Numbered from the stretch's first letter, positions 36,224 to 49,628 are shown. The stretch: 64,000 nucleotides of DNA from Squalus acanthias (GCA_030390025.1 JASTWF010000334.1:248001-312000), one strand, 5' to 3'. The notes: generated from the sequence alone by a model not told the origin. Numbers and translations: made by a program.

Positions 36224-36335
36224 GGTCAACAGGCCGAACTCCACCAGCAGGTCTCACCAGCTACATTTTGCTCCTTCCCCATTTCCTGCTCCAATATGCC
36301 CAGGTAGTCCCACTCTCACTGGGTCTTGTATAAGG

Positions 36336-37352
36336 TTGAGAGGTCGCACAACACCAGGTTATAGTCCAACAGTTTTATTTGAAATCACAAGCTTTCGGAG
36401 CTATCGATTGCTCCTTCCTCAGGTGAAGTAAATAGATACAGAATCGCCAAAGCATATATAGATAGAGAACAAAGCATGTGTACCTTACAATTGCAGACCA
36501 CTAAATTAAATCATCCTGACTATCTGCCGAGGTGTGATAAAGTTAATCAGGTCAGCCAGGAAGGTACCACATCAAAGACATAGCAAGATACAACTGAGAC
36601 AATGAGGTGTAGTCGCAGGGGTTCTAACGTGTCAAAAGCTGCCGTCTGTATGTAAAACGAAAAGCTTTAAAATTTTTACTTTTTTACTGGGAAAATTTTT
36701 ACTTTTTTACTGGGAATCACATCTGTGAACAAGCCAACGACGACTCGAGTCCGGATCACGTCATGTATCGTGACATAAACCCAAGATCCCGGTTGAGACC
36801 GTCTTCATGAGTGCGGAACTTGGCTATCAGTTTCTGCTCGATGATTTTGCGTTGTCGTGTGTTTCTAAGGTTGCCTTGGAGAACGCTTACCCGCAGATCC
36901 GAGGCTGAATGTCCTTGACTGCTGAAGTGTTCCCCGACTGGGAGGTAACAATCCTGCCTGGCGATTGTTGCGCGGTGCTCGTTCATACGTTGTCTCAGTG
37001 TCTGCATGGTCTCGCCGATGTACCATGCCGCGGTGCATTCTTTCCTGCAACGTATGAGGTAGACAACGTTGGCCGAGTCACATGAGTATGTACCATGTAC
37101 CTGGTGGTTATACACAGGATCTGCTCAGACGAGTAGGAACGCGATGGACACCTACGGACGCTGAAAAACGCCCTCGTAAGAACGGGATATGACGCTCGAC
37201 TCATCGATCGACAGTTCCGACGGGCCACAGCGAAAAATCGCATAGACCTCCTCAGATGGCAAACACGGGACACAACCAACAGGGTACCCTACGTCGTCCA
37301 GTACTTCCCCGGAGCGGAGAAACTACGCCAGTCCAACACCGGCATCTCCGCA
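36336..37352 (-). mobile_element. Penelope-like element 3' part (GIY-YIG) with an inverted internal segment
   Basis: ORF 36756-37115 has NVVYLIRC...WYIGET...RMNEH...EQKLI...GLN. Segment 37110-37330 is inverted relative to the copy at 53440-53630. TSD tcttgtataagg (36324-36335, 37353-37364); hammerhead motif on minus at ~36385-36427. Confidence 0.9.
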
Positions 37353-37675
37353 TCTTGTATAAGGCCCAGGCCCTGCCTGCTTCACCCCCTGACCCTGACA
37401 GCAAACCAGATCCACGCCAACCTGCCCACAATGACCCCCAGCCACAGTCCCTGTGTCCCGGAACTTACACTACCGAAGCTGGGCTCCTGCTGAGCGGGAA
37501 TGGGAATGGGAAGAGGCTTTCGGTTTCATAAATTCTTTCAGCCCTTTGAGGAACTTCAGAACCTTAGAGCCCATTCCTGCCCATGGGAAATCGCTTTTGG
37601 TGAAGTGGGGTGGGATTCTCCACATGGTTTATCCATAATAGAAATCTCTGTATTGTTCATTGTTTCAATCATATT

Positions 37676-37941
37676 GGGTATCAGTTGTGATTCAGTGGTC
37701 GCACTCTCATCTCTGAGTCAGACGATCATAGGTTCAAGTCCCACACCAGAGACTTGAGCACAAAATCCATGCTGACACATCAGTGCAGTACAGAGGGAGT
37801 ACTGCACTGTCAGAGGTGCCGTCTTTTAGACAAGATGTTCAAACCGAGGTCTTACCTGCCTGGTCAGGTGGACGTAAAAGATCCTATGGGAGAACTCAAA
37901 GAAGAGCAGGGAGTTCTCCTGGCCAACATTTATCTCTCAAC
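37676..37941 (+). mobile_element. tRNA-derived Deu-domain SINE (SacSINE1/AmnSINE1-like), 3' truncated
   Basis: A-box-like tgattcagtgg and B box ggttcaagtccc; central gagggagtactgcactgtcagaggtgccgtctttt...gacgtaaaagatcc...gaagagcagggagttctcc. Second copy at 54432. Confidence 0.75.
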
Positions 37942-38230
37942 TGTGCGCAGGAGGCCATACCCAGCACACAGAGTCTACAGACCGAGTCAGCTTCTTGGGT
38001 CTATTTGCACAACAGTGCAGGAGGAGGCTGCGTTTCTCCGGCCAGGCTGTCTCAGTCCTCTGCAGCCTCCTGCAACACAACCTGCTGCCTGCTGGACCAG
38101 GGGGACATACCATGCCAGTGGCCGTCAAAGTCACCACAGCCTGGAATTTTTACACCACTGGCTCCTTTTGCGATGCTAGAGAGGACATCAGTCACGTCTC
38201 CCAGTCTGCAGTTCACAGCTGCATTAAGCA

Positions 38231-38990
38231 TTTTGGGCACCGCACTTTGGGAAGGATGTGAAGGTCTTAGAGAGGGTGCAGAAAAGATCTACAAGAATGG
38301 TTCCAGGGATGAGGGATTTCAGTTACGTGGATAGACTGGAGAAGCTGGGGTTGTTCTCCTTCGACCAGAGAAGGGTGAGAGGAGAAATAACAATAGAAAG
38401 TGCTGGAAACACTCAGCAGGTCAGCCAGCATCGAGGAGAGAGAAACAGAGTCAAAGTTTCGGGTCAAACCCTTCGTCAGACACGTTGACTCTGTTTCTCT
38501 CTCCTCAATGCCGGCTGACCTGCTGAGTGTTTCCAGCACTTTCTGTTGTTATTTCAGATTTCCAGCATCCGCAGTATTTTGCTATTGTATTAAGGTTGAG
38601 AGGAGATTTGATAGAGGTGTTCAAAATCATGAGGGGTCTAGACAGAGTAGATAGAGAGAAACTGTTCCCATTGGTGGAAGGGTCGAGAACCAGAGGACAC
38701 AGATTTAAGGTGATTGGCAGAAGAACCAAATGCGTTATGAGGAAATACTTTTTTACGCAGCGAGTGGTTATGATCTGGAATGCACTGCCTGAAAGGGTGG
38801 TGGAGGCAGATTCAATCGTGGTTTTCAAAAGGGAATTGGATAAATACCTGAAGGAAAAATTTTTGCAGGGCTACGGGGAAAGGGAAGGGGTGTGGGACGA
38901 GCTGAAGTGCTCTTTCAGAAAGCCGGCATGGGCTCGACGGGCTGAATGGCCTCCTTCTGTGCTGTAACCATTCTATGATTCTATGATTCT
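38231..38990 (+). mobile_element. CR1 3' fragment inserted in the Harbinger transposase
   Basis: LERVQKR, RGDLIEVFKIMRG, WNALP; ttctatgattctatgattct tail. Confidence 0.92.
38386..38591. mobile_element. Penelope-derived fold-back element with hammerhead motif
   Basis: Inverted arms plus tail; minus strand CTGACGA a gggt ttg accc GAAA. 15-bp TSD aagggtgagaggaga / aaggttgagaggaga (38371-38385, 38592-38606). Confidence 0.8.
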
Positions 38991-39307
38991 AGGTGACTGA
39001 CAGCCTCTTTGCCAGGGTCGAGCAGTATATCACCTTGCCCACTGATGTCAGCAGTCACCATGGCACAGATTGTGGCTTTGCTGAAGGAGATGGCTTCCCT
39101 CCCTTGTAGGGCGTGATTGAAAGTTCACACGTGGGCATTAGGGCGCCAGAACATGAGTAGGTGAAATTTGTCAACAGAGAGCCCAGCATCAGAAAGGCAG
39201 GGAGCTGCCCTTCTACTCATGTCTGCAGCCAGCAAGTCTTTGAGAGAGTCATTGAACATCAGTTTTGTAGGTGAAGAGATCACCTGACTGATCCCTTCCA
39301 TCAATTC

Positions 39308-42300
39308 TGATGATCCCCAATCTGTGTCCCTGATAATCCTCAATCTCAGTCTGTGATAATCCTCAATCTGTGTCCCTGATAATCCTCTATCTCAGTCTGT
39401 GATAATCCTCAATCTGTGTCCCTGATAATCCTCAATCTGTGTCCCTGATAATCCTCAATCTGTGACCCTGATGATCCTCAATCTGTGTCCCTGATAATCC
39501 TCAATCTGTGTCCTGAAAATCCTCAATCTGCGTCCCTGATAATCCTCAATCTGTGTCCTGAAAATCCTCAATCTGTGTCCCTGATAATCCTCAATCTGTT
39601 TCTGTGATAATCCTCAATCTGTGTTCCTGATAATCCTCAATCTATAGCCCTGATAATCCTCAATCTGTGTCCCTGATAATCCTCAATCTGTGTCCCTGAT
39701 AATCCTCAATCTGTGCCCCTGATAATCCTCAATCTGTGTCCCTGATAATCCTCAATCTGTGTCGCTGATAATCCTCAATCTGTGTCCTGATAATCCTCAA
39801 TCTGTGTCCTGATGATCTTCAATCTGTGTCCTGATAATCCTCAATCTGTGTCCCTGATAATCATCAATCGGTCTCCCTGATAATACTCAATCTGTGTCCC
39901 TGATAATACTCAATCTGTTTCCCTGATAATCCTCAATCTGTGACCCTGATGATCCTCAATCTGTGTCCTGATAATCCTCAATCTGTGTCCTGAAAATCCT
40001 CAATCTGTGTCCCTGATAATCCTCAATCTGTGTCTGTGATAATCCTCAATCTGTGTTCCTGATAATCCTCAATCTATGGCCCTGATAATCCTCAATCTGT
40101 GTCCCTGATAATCCTCAATCTGTGTCCCTGATAATCCTCAATCTGTGCCCCTGATAATCCTCAATCTGTGTCCCTGATAATCCTCAATCTGTGTCCCTGA
40201 TAATCCTCAATCTGTGTCCTGATAATCCTCAATCTGTGTCCTGATGATCTTCAATCTGTGTCCTGATAATCCTCAATCTGTGTCCCTGATAATCCTCAAT
40301 CTGTCTCCCTGATAATCCTCAATCTGTGTCCCTGATAATCCTCAATCTGTGTCCTTGATAATCCTCAATCTGTGTCCCTGATAATCTTCAATCTGTGTCC
40401 CTGATAATCCTCAATCTGTGTTCCTGATAATCCTCAATCTGTCTCCCTGATAATCCTCAATCTGTGTCCCTGATAATCCTCAAACTGTGTCCTGATAATC
40501 CTCAATCTGTGTCCTGATAATCCTCAATCTGTGTCCCTGATAATCCTCAATCTGTGTCCCTGATAATCCTCAATCTGTGTCCCTGATAATCCTCAATCTC
40601 AGTCTGTGATAATCCTCAATCTGTGTCCTGATAATCCTCAATCTGTGTCCCTGATAATCCTCAATCTGTGTCCCTGATAATCCTCAATCTGTGTCCCTGA
40701 TAATCCTCAATCTGTTTCCCTGACAATCCTCAATCTGTGTCCCTGATAATCCTCAATCTGTGCCATTGATAATCCTCAATCTGTGTCCTGATAATCTTCA
40801 ATCTTTGTCCCTGATAATCCTCAATCTCTGTCCCTCATAATCCTCAATCTGAGTCCCTCATAATCCACAATCTGTGTCCCTCATAATCCTCAATCTGTGT
40901 CCCTGATAATCTTCAATCTGTGTCCCTGATAATCCTCAATCTGTGTTCCTGATAATCCTCAATCTGTCTCCCTGATAATCCTCAATCTGTGTCCCTGATA
41001 ATCCTCAAACTGTGTCCTGATAATCCTCAATCTGTGTCCTGATAATCCTCAATCTGTGTCCCTGATAATCCTCAATCTGTGTCCCTGATAATCCTCAATC
41101 TGTGTCCCTGATAATCCTCAATCTCAGTCTGTGATAATCCTCAATCTGTGTCCTGATAATCCTCAATCTGTGTCCCTGATAATCCTCAATCTGTGTCCTG
41201 ATAATCCTCAATCTGTGTCCCTGATCATCCTCAATCTGTGTCCCTCATAATCCTCAATCTGTGTCCCTGATAATCCTCAATCTGTGTCCCTGATAATCCT
41301 CAATCTGTGTCCCTGATAATCCTCAATCTGTGCCACTGATAATCCTCAATCTGTGTCCTGATAATCTTCAATCTTTGTCCCTGATAATCCTCAATCTCTG
41401 TCCCTCATAATCCTCAATCTGAGTCCCTCATAATCCTCAATCTGTGTCCCTCATAATCCTCAATCTGTGTCCCTGATAATCCTCAATCTGTGTCCCTGAT
41501 AATCCTCAATCTGTGTCCCTCATAATCCTCAATCTGTGTCCCTGATAATCCTCAATCTGTGTCCTGATAATCTTCAATCTGTGTCCGGATAATCCTCAAT
41601 CAGTGTCCTGATAATCCTCAATCTGTGTCCCTGATAATCCTCAATCTGTGTCCTTGATAATCCTCAATCTGTGTCCTGATAATCTTCAATCTGTGTCCCT
41701 GATAATCCTCAATCTGTGTCCTGATAATCCTCAATCTGTGTCCTGATAATCCTCAATCTGCGCCCGATAATCCTGAATCTGTGTCCTGATAATCCTCAAT
41801 CTGTGTCCTGATAATCTTCAATCTTTGTCCTGATGATCCTCAATCTGTGTCCTGATAATCCTCAATCTGTGTCGCTGATAATCCTCAATCTGTGTCCCTG
41901 ATAATCCTCAATCTGTGTCCCTGATAATCCTCAATCTGTGTCCCTGATAATCCTCAATCTGTTTCACTGATAATCCTCAATCTGTGTCCCTGATAATCCT
42001 CAATCTGTGCCACTGATAATCCTCAATCTGTGTCCTGATAATCTTCAATCTTTGTCCCTGATAATCCTCAATCTCTGTCCCTCATAATCCTCAATCTGAG
42101 TCCCTCATAATCCTCAATCTGTGTCCCTCATAATCCTCAATCTGTGTCCTGATAATCCTCAATCTGTGTCCCTGATAATCCTCAATCTGTGTCCCTGATA
42201 ATCCTCAATCTGTGTCCCTGATAATCCTCAATCTGTGCCACTGATAATCCTCAATCTGTGTCCTGATAATCTTCAATCTTTGTCCCTGATAATCCTCAAT

Positions 42301-45300
42301 CTCTGTCCCTCATAATCCTCAATCTGTGTCCCTCATAATCCTCAATCTGTGTCCTGATAATCCTCAATCTGTGTCCCTGATAATCCTCAATCTGTGTCCC
42401 TGATAATCCTCAATCTGTGTCCCTGATAATCCTCAATCTGTGTCCCTGATAATCCTCAATCTGTGTCCCTGATAATCCTCAATCTCTGTCCCTCATAATC
42501 CTCAATCTGTGTCCCTCATAATCCTCAATCTGTGTCCTGATAATCCTCAATCTGTGTCCCTGATAATCCTCAATCTGTGTCCCTGATAATCTTCAATCTG
42601 TGTCCCTGATAATCCTCAATCTGTGTTCCTGATAATCCTCAATCTGTCTCCCTGATAATCCTCAATCTGTGTCCCTGATAATCCTCAAACTGTGTCCTGA
42701 TAATCCTCAATCTGTGTCCTGATAATCCTCAATCTGTGTCCCTGATAATCCTCAATCTGTGTCCTGATAATCCTCAATCTGTGTCCCTGATAATCCTCAA
42801 TCTGTGTCCCTCATAATCCTCAATCTGTGTCCCTGATAATCCTCAATCTGTGTCCCTGATAATCCTCAATCTGTGCCACTGATAATCCTCAATCTGTGTC
42901 CTGATAATCTTCAATCTGTGTCCCTCATAATCCTCAATCTGTGTCCCTGATAATCCTCAATCTGTGTCCTGATAATCTTCAATCTGTGTCCTGATAATCC
43001 TCAATCAGTGTCCCTGATAATCCTCAATCTGTGTCCTGATAATCCTCAATCTGTGTCCTGATAATCCTCAATCTGCGCCCGATAATCCTGAATCTGTGTC
43101 CTGATAATCCTCAATCAGTGTCCTGATAATCTCAATCTTTGTCCTGATGATCCTCAATCTGTGTCCTGATAATCCTCAATCTGTGTCCCTGATAATCCTC
43201 AATCTGTGTCCTGATAATCCTCAATCTGTGTCCCTGATAATCCTCAATCTGTGTCCCTGATAATCCTCAATCTGTGTCCCTGATAATCCTCAATCTGTTT
43301 CCCTGATAATCCTCAATCTGTGTCCCTGATAATCCTCAATCTGTGCCACTGATAATCCTCAATCTGTGTCCTGATAATCTTCAATCTTTGTCCCTGATAA
43401 TCCTCAATCTCTGTCCCTCATAATCCTCAATCTGAGTCCCTCATAATCCTCAATCTGTGTCCCTCATAATCCTCAATCTGTGTCCCTGATAATCTTCAAT
43501 CTGTGTCCCTGATAATCCTCAATCTGTGTCCTGATAATCCTCAATCTGTGTCCCTGATAATCCTCAATCTGTGTCCCTCATAATCCTCAATCTGTGTCCC
43601 TGATAATCCTCAATCTGTGTCCCTGATAATCCTCAATCTGTGCCACTGATAATCCTCAATCTGTGTCCTGATAATCTTCAATCTGTGTCCCTCATAATCC
43701 TCAATCTGTGTCCCTGATAATCCTCAATCTGTGTCCTGATAATCTTCAATCTGTGTCCTGATAATCCTCAATCAGTGTCCCTGATAATCCTCAATCTGTG
43801 TCCTGATAATCCTCAATCTGTGTCCTGATAATCCTCAATCTGCGCCCGATAATCCTGAATCTGTGTCCTGATAATCCTCAATCAGTGTCCTGATAATCTT
43901 CAATCTTTGTCCTGATGATCCTCAATCTGTGTCCTGATAATCCTCAATCTGTGTCCCTGATAATGCTCAATCTGTGTCCTGATAATCCTCAATCTGTGTC
44001 CCTGATAATCCTCAATCTGTGTCCCTGATAATCCTCAATCTGTGTCCCTGATAATCCTCAATCTGTTTCCCTGATAATCCTCAATCTGTGTCCCTGATAA
44101 TCCTCAATCTGTGCCACTGATAATCCTCAATCTGTGTCCTGATAATCTTCAATCTTTGTCCCTGATAATCCTCAATCTCTGTCCCTCATAATCCTCAATC
44201 TGAGTCCCTCATAATCCTCAATCTGTGTCCCTCATAATCCTCAATCTGTGTCCCTGATAATCTTCAATCTGTGTCCCTGATAATCCTCAATCTGTGTTCC
44301 TGATAATCCTCAATCTGTCTCCCTGATAATCCTCAATCTGTGTCCCTGATAATCCTCAAACTGTGTCCTGATAATCCTCAATCTGTGTCCTGATAATCCT
44401 CAATCTGTGTCCCTGATAATCCTCAATCTGTGTCCCTGATAATCCTCAATCTGTGTCCCTGATAATCCTCAATCTCAGTCTGTGATAATCCTCCATCTGT
44501 GTCCTGATAATCCTCAATCTGTGTCCCTGATAATCCTCAATCTGTGTCCCTGATAATCCTCAATCTGTGTCCCTGATAATCCTCAATCTGTGTCCCTAAT
44601 AATCCTCAATCTGTGCCACTGATAATCCTCAATCTGTGTCCTGATAATCTTCAATCTTTGTCCCTGATAATCCTCAATGTCTGTCCCTCATAATACTCAA
44701 TCTGAGTCCCTCATAATCCTCAATCTGTGTCCCTCATAATCCTCAATCTGTGTCCCTGATAATCCTCAATCTGTGTCCTGATAATCTTCAATCTGTCTCC
44801 TGATAATCCTCAATCAGTGTCCCTGATAATCCTCAATCTGTGTCCTGATAATCCTCAATCTGTGTCCTGATAATCCTCAATCTGCGCCCGATAATCCTGA
44901 ATCTGTGTCCTGATAATCCTCAATCTGTGTCCTGATAATCTTCAATCTTTGTCCTGATGATCCTCAATCTGTGTCCTGATAATCCTCAATCTGTGTCCCT
45001 GATAATCCTCAATCTGTGTCCCTGATATTCCTCAATCTGTGTCCTGATGATCCTCAATGTGTGTCCCTGATAATCCTCAATCTGTATCCATGATAATCCT
45101 CAATCTGTGTCCTGATGATCCTCAATCTGCGTCCCTGATAATCCTCAATCTGTGTCAATGATTATCCTCAATCTGTGTCCTGATAATCCTCAATCTGTGT
45201 CCTGATAATCCTCAATCTGTGTCCTGATAATCCTCAATCTGTGTCCTGATAATCCTCAATCTGTGTCCCTGGTAATCCTCAATCTGTGTCCTGATAATCC

Positions 45301-47717
45301 TCAATCTGTGTCCTGATAATCCTCAATCTGTGTCCCTGATAATCCTCAATCTGTGTCCTGATGATCCTCAATCTGTGTCCTGATAATCTTCAATCTGTGT
45401 CCTGATAATCCTCAATCAGTGTCCCTGATAATCCTCAATCTGTGTCCTGATAATCCTCAATCTGTGTCCTGATAATCCTCAATCTGCGCCCGATAATCCT
45501 GAATCTGTGTCCTGATAATCCTCAATCTGTGTCCTGATAATCTTCAATCTTTGTCCTGATGATCCTCAATCTGTGTCCTGATAATCCTCAATCTGTGTCC
45601 CTGATAATCCTCAATCTGTGTCCTGATAATCCTCAATCTGTGTCCCTGATAATCCTCAATCTGTGTCCCTGATAATCCTCAATCTGTGTCCCTGATAATC
45701 CTCAATCTGTTTCCCTGATAATCCTCAATCTGTGTCCCTGATAATCCTCAATCTGTGCCACTGATAATCCTCAATCTGTGTCCTGATAATCTTCAATCTT
45801 TGTCCCTGATAATCCTCAATCTCTGTCCCTCATAATCCTCAATCTGAGTCCCTCATAATCCTCAATCTGTGTCCCTCATAATCCTCAATCTGTGTCCCTG
45901 ATAATCTTCAATCTGTGTCCCTGATAATCCTCAATCTGTGTTCCTGATAATCCTCAATCTGTCTCCCTGATAATCCTCAATCTGTGTCCCTGATAATCCT
46001 CAAACTGTGTCCTGATAATCCTCAATCTGTGTCCTGATAATCCTCAATCTGTGTCCCTGATAATCCTCAATCTGTGTCCCTGATAATCCTCAATCTGTGT
46101 CCCTGATAATCCTCAATCTCAGTCTGTGATAATCCTCCATCTGTGTCCTGATAATCCTCAATCTGTGTCCCTGATAATCCTCAATCTGTGTCCCTGATAA
46201 TCCTCAATCTGTGTCCCTGATAATCCTCAATCTGTGTCCCTAATAATCCTCAATCTGTGCCACTGATAATCCTCAATCTGTGTCCTGATAATCTTCAATC
46301 TTTGTCCCTGATAATCCTCAATGTCTGTCCCTCATAATACTCAATCTGAGTCCCTCATAATCCTCAATCTGTGTCCCTCATAATCCTCAATCTGTGTCCC
46401 TGATAATCCTCAATCTGTGTCCTGATAATCTTCAATCTGTCTCCTGATAATCCTCAATCAGTGTCCCTGATAATCCTCAATCTGTGTCCTGATAATCCTC
46501 AATCTGTGTCCTGATAATCCTCAATCTGCGCCCGATAATCCTGAATCTGTGTCCTGATAATCCTCAATCTGTGTCCTGATAATCTTCAATCTTTGTCCTG
46601 ATGATCCTCAATCTGTGTCCTGATAATCCTCAATCTGTGTCCCTGATAATCCTCAATCTGTGTCCCTGATATTCCTCAATCTGTGTCCTGATGATCCTCA
46701 ATGTGTGTCCCTGATAATCCTCAATCTGTATCCATGATAATCCTCAATCTGTGTCCTGATGATCCTCAATCTGCGTCCCTGATAATCCTCAATCTGTGTC
46801 AATGATTATCCTCAATCTGTGTCCTGATAATCCTCAATCTGTGTCCTGATAATCCTCAATCTGTGTCCTGATAATCCTCAATCTGTGTCCTGATAATCCT
46901 CAATCTGTGTCCCTGGTAATCCTCAATCTGTGTCCTGATAATCCTCAATCTGTGTCCTGATAATCCTCAATCTGTGTCCCTGATAATCCTCAATCTGTGT
47001 CCTGATGATCCTCAATCTGTGTCCCTAATAATCCTCAATCTGTGTCCCTGATAATCCTCAATCTGTGTCCCTGATAATCCTCAATCTGTGTCTTGATAAT
47101 CCTCATTCTGTGTCCTGATAATCCTCAATCTGTGCCCCTGATAATCCTCGATCTGTGTCCTGATAATCCTCAATCTTTGTCCCTGATAATCCTCAATCTG
47201 TGTCCTGATGATCCTCAATGTGTGTCCCTGATAATCCTCAATCTGTATCCCTGATAATCCTCAATCTGTGTCCTGATGATCCTCAATCTGCGTCCCTGAT
47301 AATCCTCAATCTGTGTCAATGAATATCCTCAATCTGTGTCCTGATAATCCTCAATCTGTGTCCTGATAATCCTCAATCTGTGTCCTGATAATCCTCAATC
47401 TGTGTCCTGATAATCCTCAATCTGTGTCCCTGGTAATCCTCAATCTGTGTCCTGATAATCCTCAATCTGTGTCCTGATAATCCTCAATCTGTGTCCCTGA
47501 TAATCTTCAATCTGTGTCCTGATAATCCGCAATCTGTGTCCCTGATAATCCTCAATCTGTGTCCCTGATAATCCTCAATCTGTGTCCCTGATGATCCTCA
47601 ACCTTTGTCCCTGATAATCTTCAATCTGTTTCTCTGATCATTCTCAATCTGTGTCTTTGATAATTCTCAATCTGTGTCCCTGATAATCCTCAATCTGTTT
47701 CCCTGATAATCCTCAAT
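39308..47717. repeat. Satellite array 1, 22-23 bp unit, ~8.4 kb
   Basis: Tandem GATAATCCTCAATCTGTGTCC(C)T with recurring variants. Confidence 0.98.
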
Positions 47718-47753
47718 GGGAGGAGGGCTAATTTCAGTGAGTCGTAAAGGGAG

Positions 47754-49010
47754 AACCTGGCCATTATGAGTGCGCAGCCATTACCACCAGGCATAGCCGC
47801 ACCACCTCAGGAGGAGGAGGAGGACAAGGATGAGGAAGAGGAGGTGGAGGAGGAGGAAGAAGAGGAGCAGGAGGAACAGGAGAATGAACAGCAGCGACGG
47901 AGGAGGCAGCCACTCAATCGGCGTTCTGCAAGGTCAGTCCATGACCGCCTCATCAGACTGCGTTTCCTGTGACTTAGAGTCCTCTTTCCGGTTGCTGAGC
48001 ATGTCGCCATCATTCCATCACTTTGTGATTCCATACCACACCCCAGAACTGAAATGTGACAGCAGCAAAATCTGCAACATTCCAGGAATAAATTTATCAT
48101 AAACCATTAACCACATATATATAACAACAATATTGACTAAAAACATAAAATGCTGGAAATACTCAGCAGGTCAGGCACTATCTGTGGAGAGAGAAACAGA
48201 TTTAACGTTTCAGCTCGATGACCCTTCATCAGAACTGGAAAGAGTTGCAGATGGAACAGGTTTTTAAGCAAGTGTAGGGGCAGGGAAAGGGGGAGGGGTG
48301 GAAGGAACAAAAGGGAAGGTCTGTGAAAGGATGGAAGACAGGAGAGATTAAGCGACAAAAGGGATGATGATGCAAGGCAAAATGAGATGGTAATGGGACA
48401 AGTTAAGAAACAAAAGATGAGTCTAGATGAAGTGTAACTGGCAATGGCTTAAAAACCTGTTCCATCTCCAACTTTTTCTAGTTCTGACGAAGGGTCATCG
48501 ACCTGAAACGTTAACTCTGTTTCTCTCTCCACAGATGCTGCCTGACCTGCTGAGTATTTCCAGCATTTTCTGTTTTTATTTCAGATTTCCAGCATCTGCA
48601 GTATTTTGCTTTTGTAACAATATTGACTAATCACCCTTGTGCAATCCCTTGCCTCTCCTCTTTACAATCCCATTTCTAAATCTACTGCTCCTACGCAGTA
48701 TCTCCCCAGTGGCTGAAGCAGGGCTAGTGAAAGGCTGCTGAGTCTCAGTGCCAGAGACTACAGGTGGACTTGCAGGACACCCTCAACCAGGCCTGGGCCT
48801 GGAAGGCCCGGCTGTACACTGCACCACCTCTGCTGGTAGCGCCCCTGTAGCGCCCCACTGAGGTCATTAGCGCTTGATTTAGCACCCCACTTCATTCCTG
48901 AGTGCTAACACCCAATTTAGTAGAAGTTCAGAATCCTTAGCACCTGGCGCTAAATGTTCCAAATTTCAAAAGTTAGTGCCCCAAACGGGGCGATACCCAA
49001 TTTCACCCCC
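47754..49010 (+). mobile_element. Harbinger remnant: transposase C-terminus, convergent Myb C-terminus and right TIR
   Basis: NLAIMSAQPLPP-(E)n-ARSVHDRLIRLRF on plus; SATGEILRRSSR on minus near 48680-48720, similar to ATGGALCRSTR in element A; end cccaatttcaccccc|atag. Confidence 0.7.
48141..48615. mobile_element. Penelope-derived fold-back element with two opposed hammerhead motifs
   Basis: Arms ~48141-48270 and ~48448-48580. Plus strand gttCTGACGAagggtcatcgacctGAAAcgttaac (48481-48515) and a mirror copy at ~48200-48235. Exact 15-bp TSD aacaatattgactaa (48126-48140, 48616-48630). Confidence 0.85.
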
Positions 49011-49628
49011 ATAGAGATTAAGGTGAACCATAAACAGGACGCTTATGATAAACGTCATGCTCATAATTCAGCAGAGAACCAAGATGGATACAAAAGTACA
49101 GGGGAGATCTGAAAAAGGAAAGAGGGGAAAAGAGAATATATGAGAATAGATTAGTAGCTAACATAAAAGGCTTGTAAGAAAGGTACAGCTTTAATCATGG
49201 GGGATTTTAATCTTCATATTGATTGGACAAAGCAAATTGGCAAAGGTAGACTTGAGGAAGAGTTCTTACAGTGTATACGGGATGGTTTCTTGGAACAATA
49301 CATTGTGGAACCAACCAGGGAGAAGACTATTTTAGATCTGGTAATGTGTAACGAGGCTGGATTAATTAATGATCTCGAAGTGAAGGATTTTCTTGGGAAG
49401 AGTGATCATAGCATGGTAGAATTTCAAATTCAGTTTGAGGGTGAGAAAGCTAGATCTCAAACTAGTGTCCTGAACTTAAACAAAGGTAATTACAAAGGTA
49501 TGAAGGCAGACTTGGTTAAAGTGGACTGGGAAAATATATTACAGGGTAAGACTGTAGAAAAGCAGTGGCAAACATTTAAGGAGATATTTCATAACTCTCA
49601 GCAAAGATATATTCCAGTGAGAAAGAAA

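Larger units (their letters stand above)
37942..39300 (+). pseudogene. Harbinger remnant: transposase N-half (37942-38230 plus 38991-39178) fused by deletion to the Myb ORF start on the minus strand
   Basis: MPVAVKVTTAWNFYTTGSF, SQSAVHSCIK|QVTDSLFAR and GVIESSHVGIRAP...FVNR on plus; MSRRAAPCLSDAGL on minus at ~39180-39221. Confidence 0.8.

Noticed and set aside
47766..47972. Glu-rich ORF as a host gene
   Set aside because: It matches the acidic C-terminus typical of Harbinger transposases, like the run at 9180-9220, and lies in a TIR-ended remnant.
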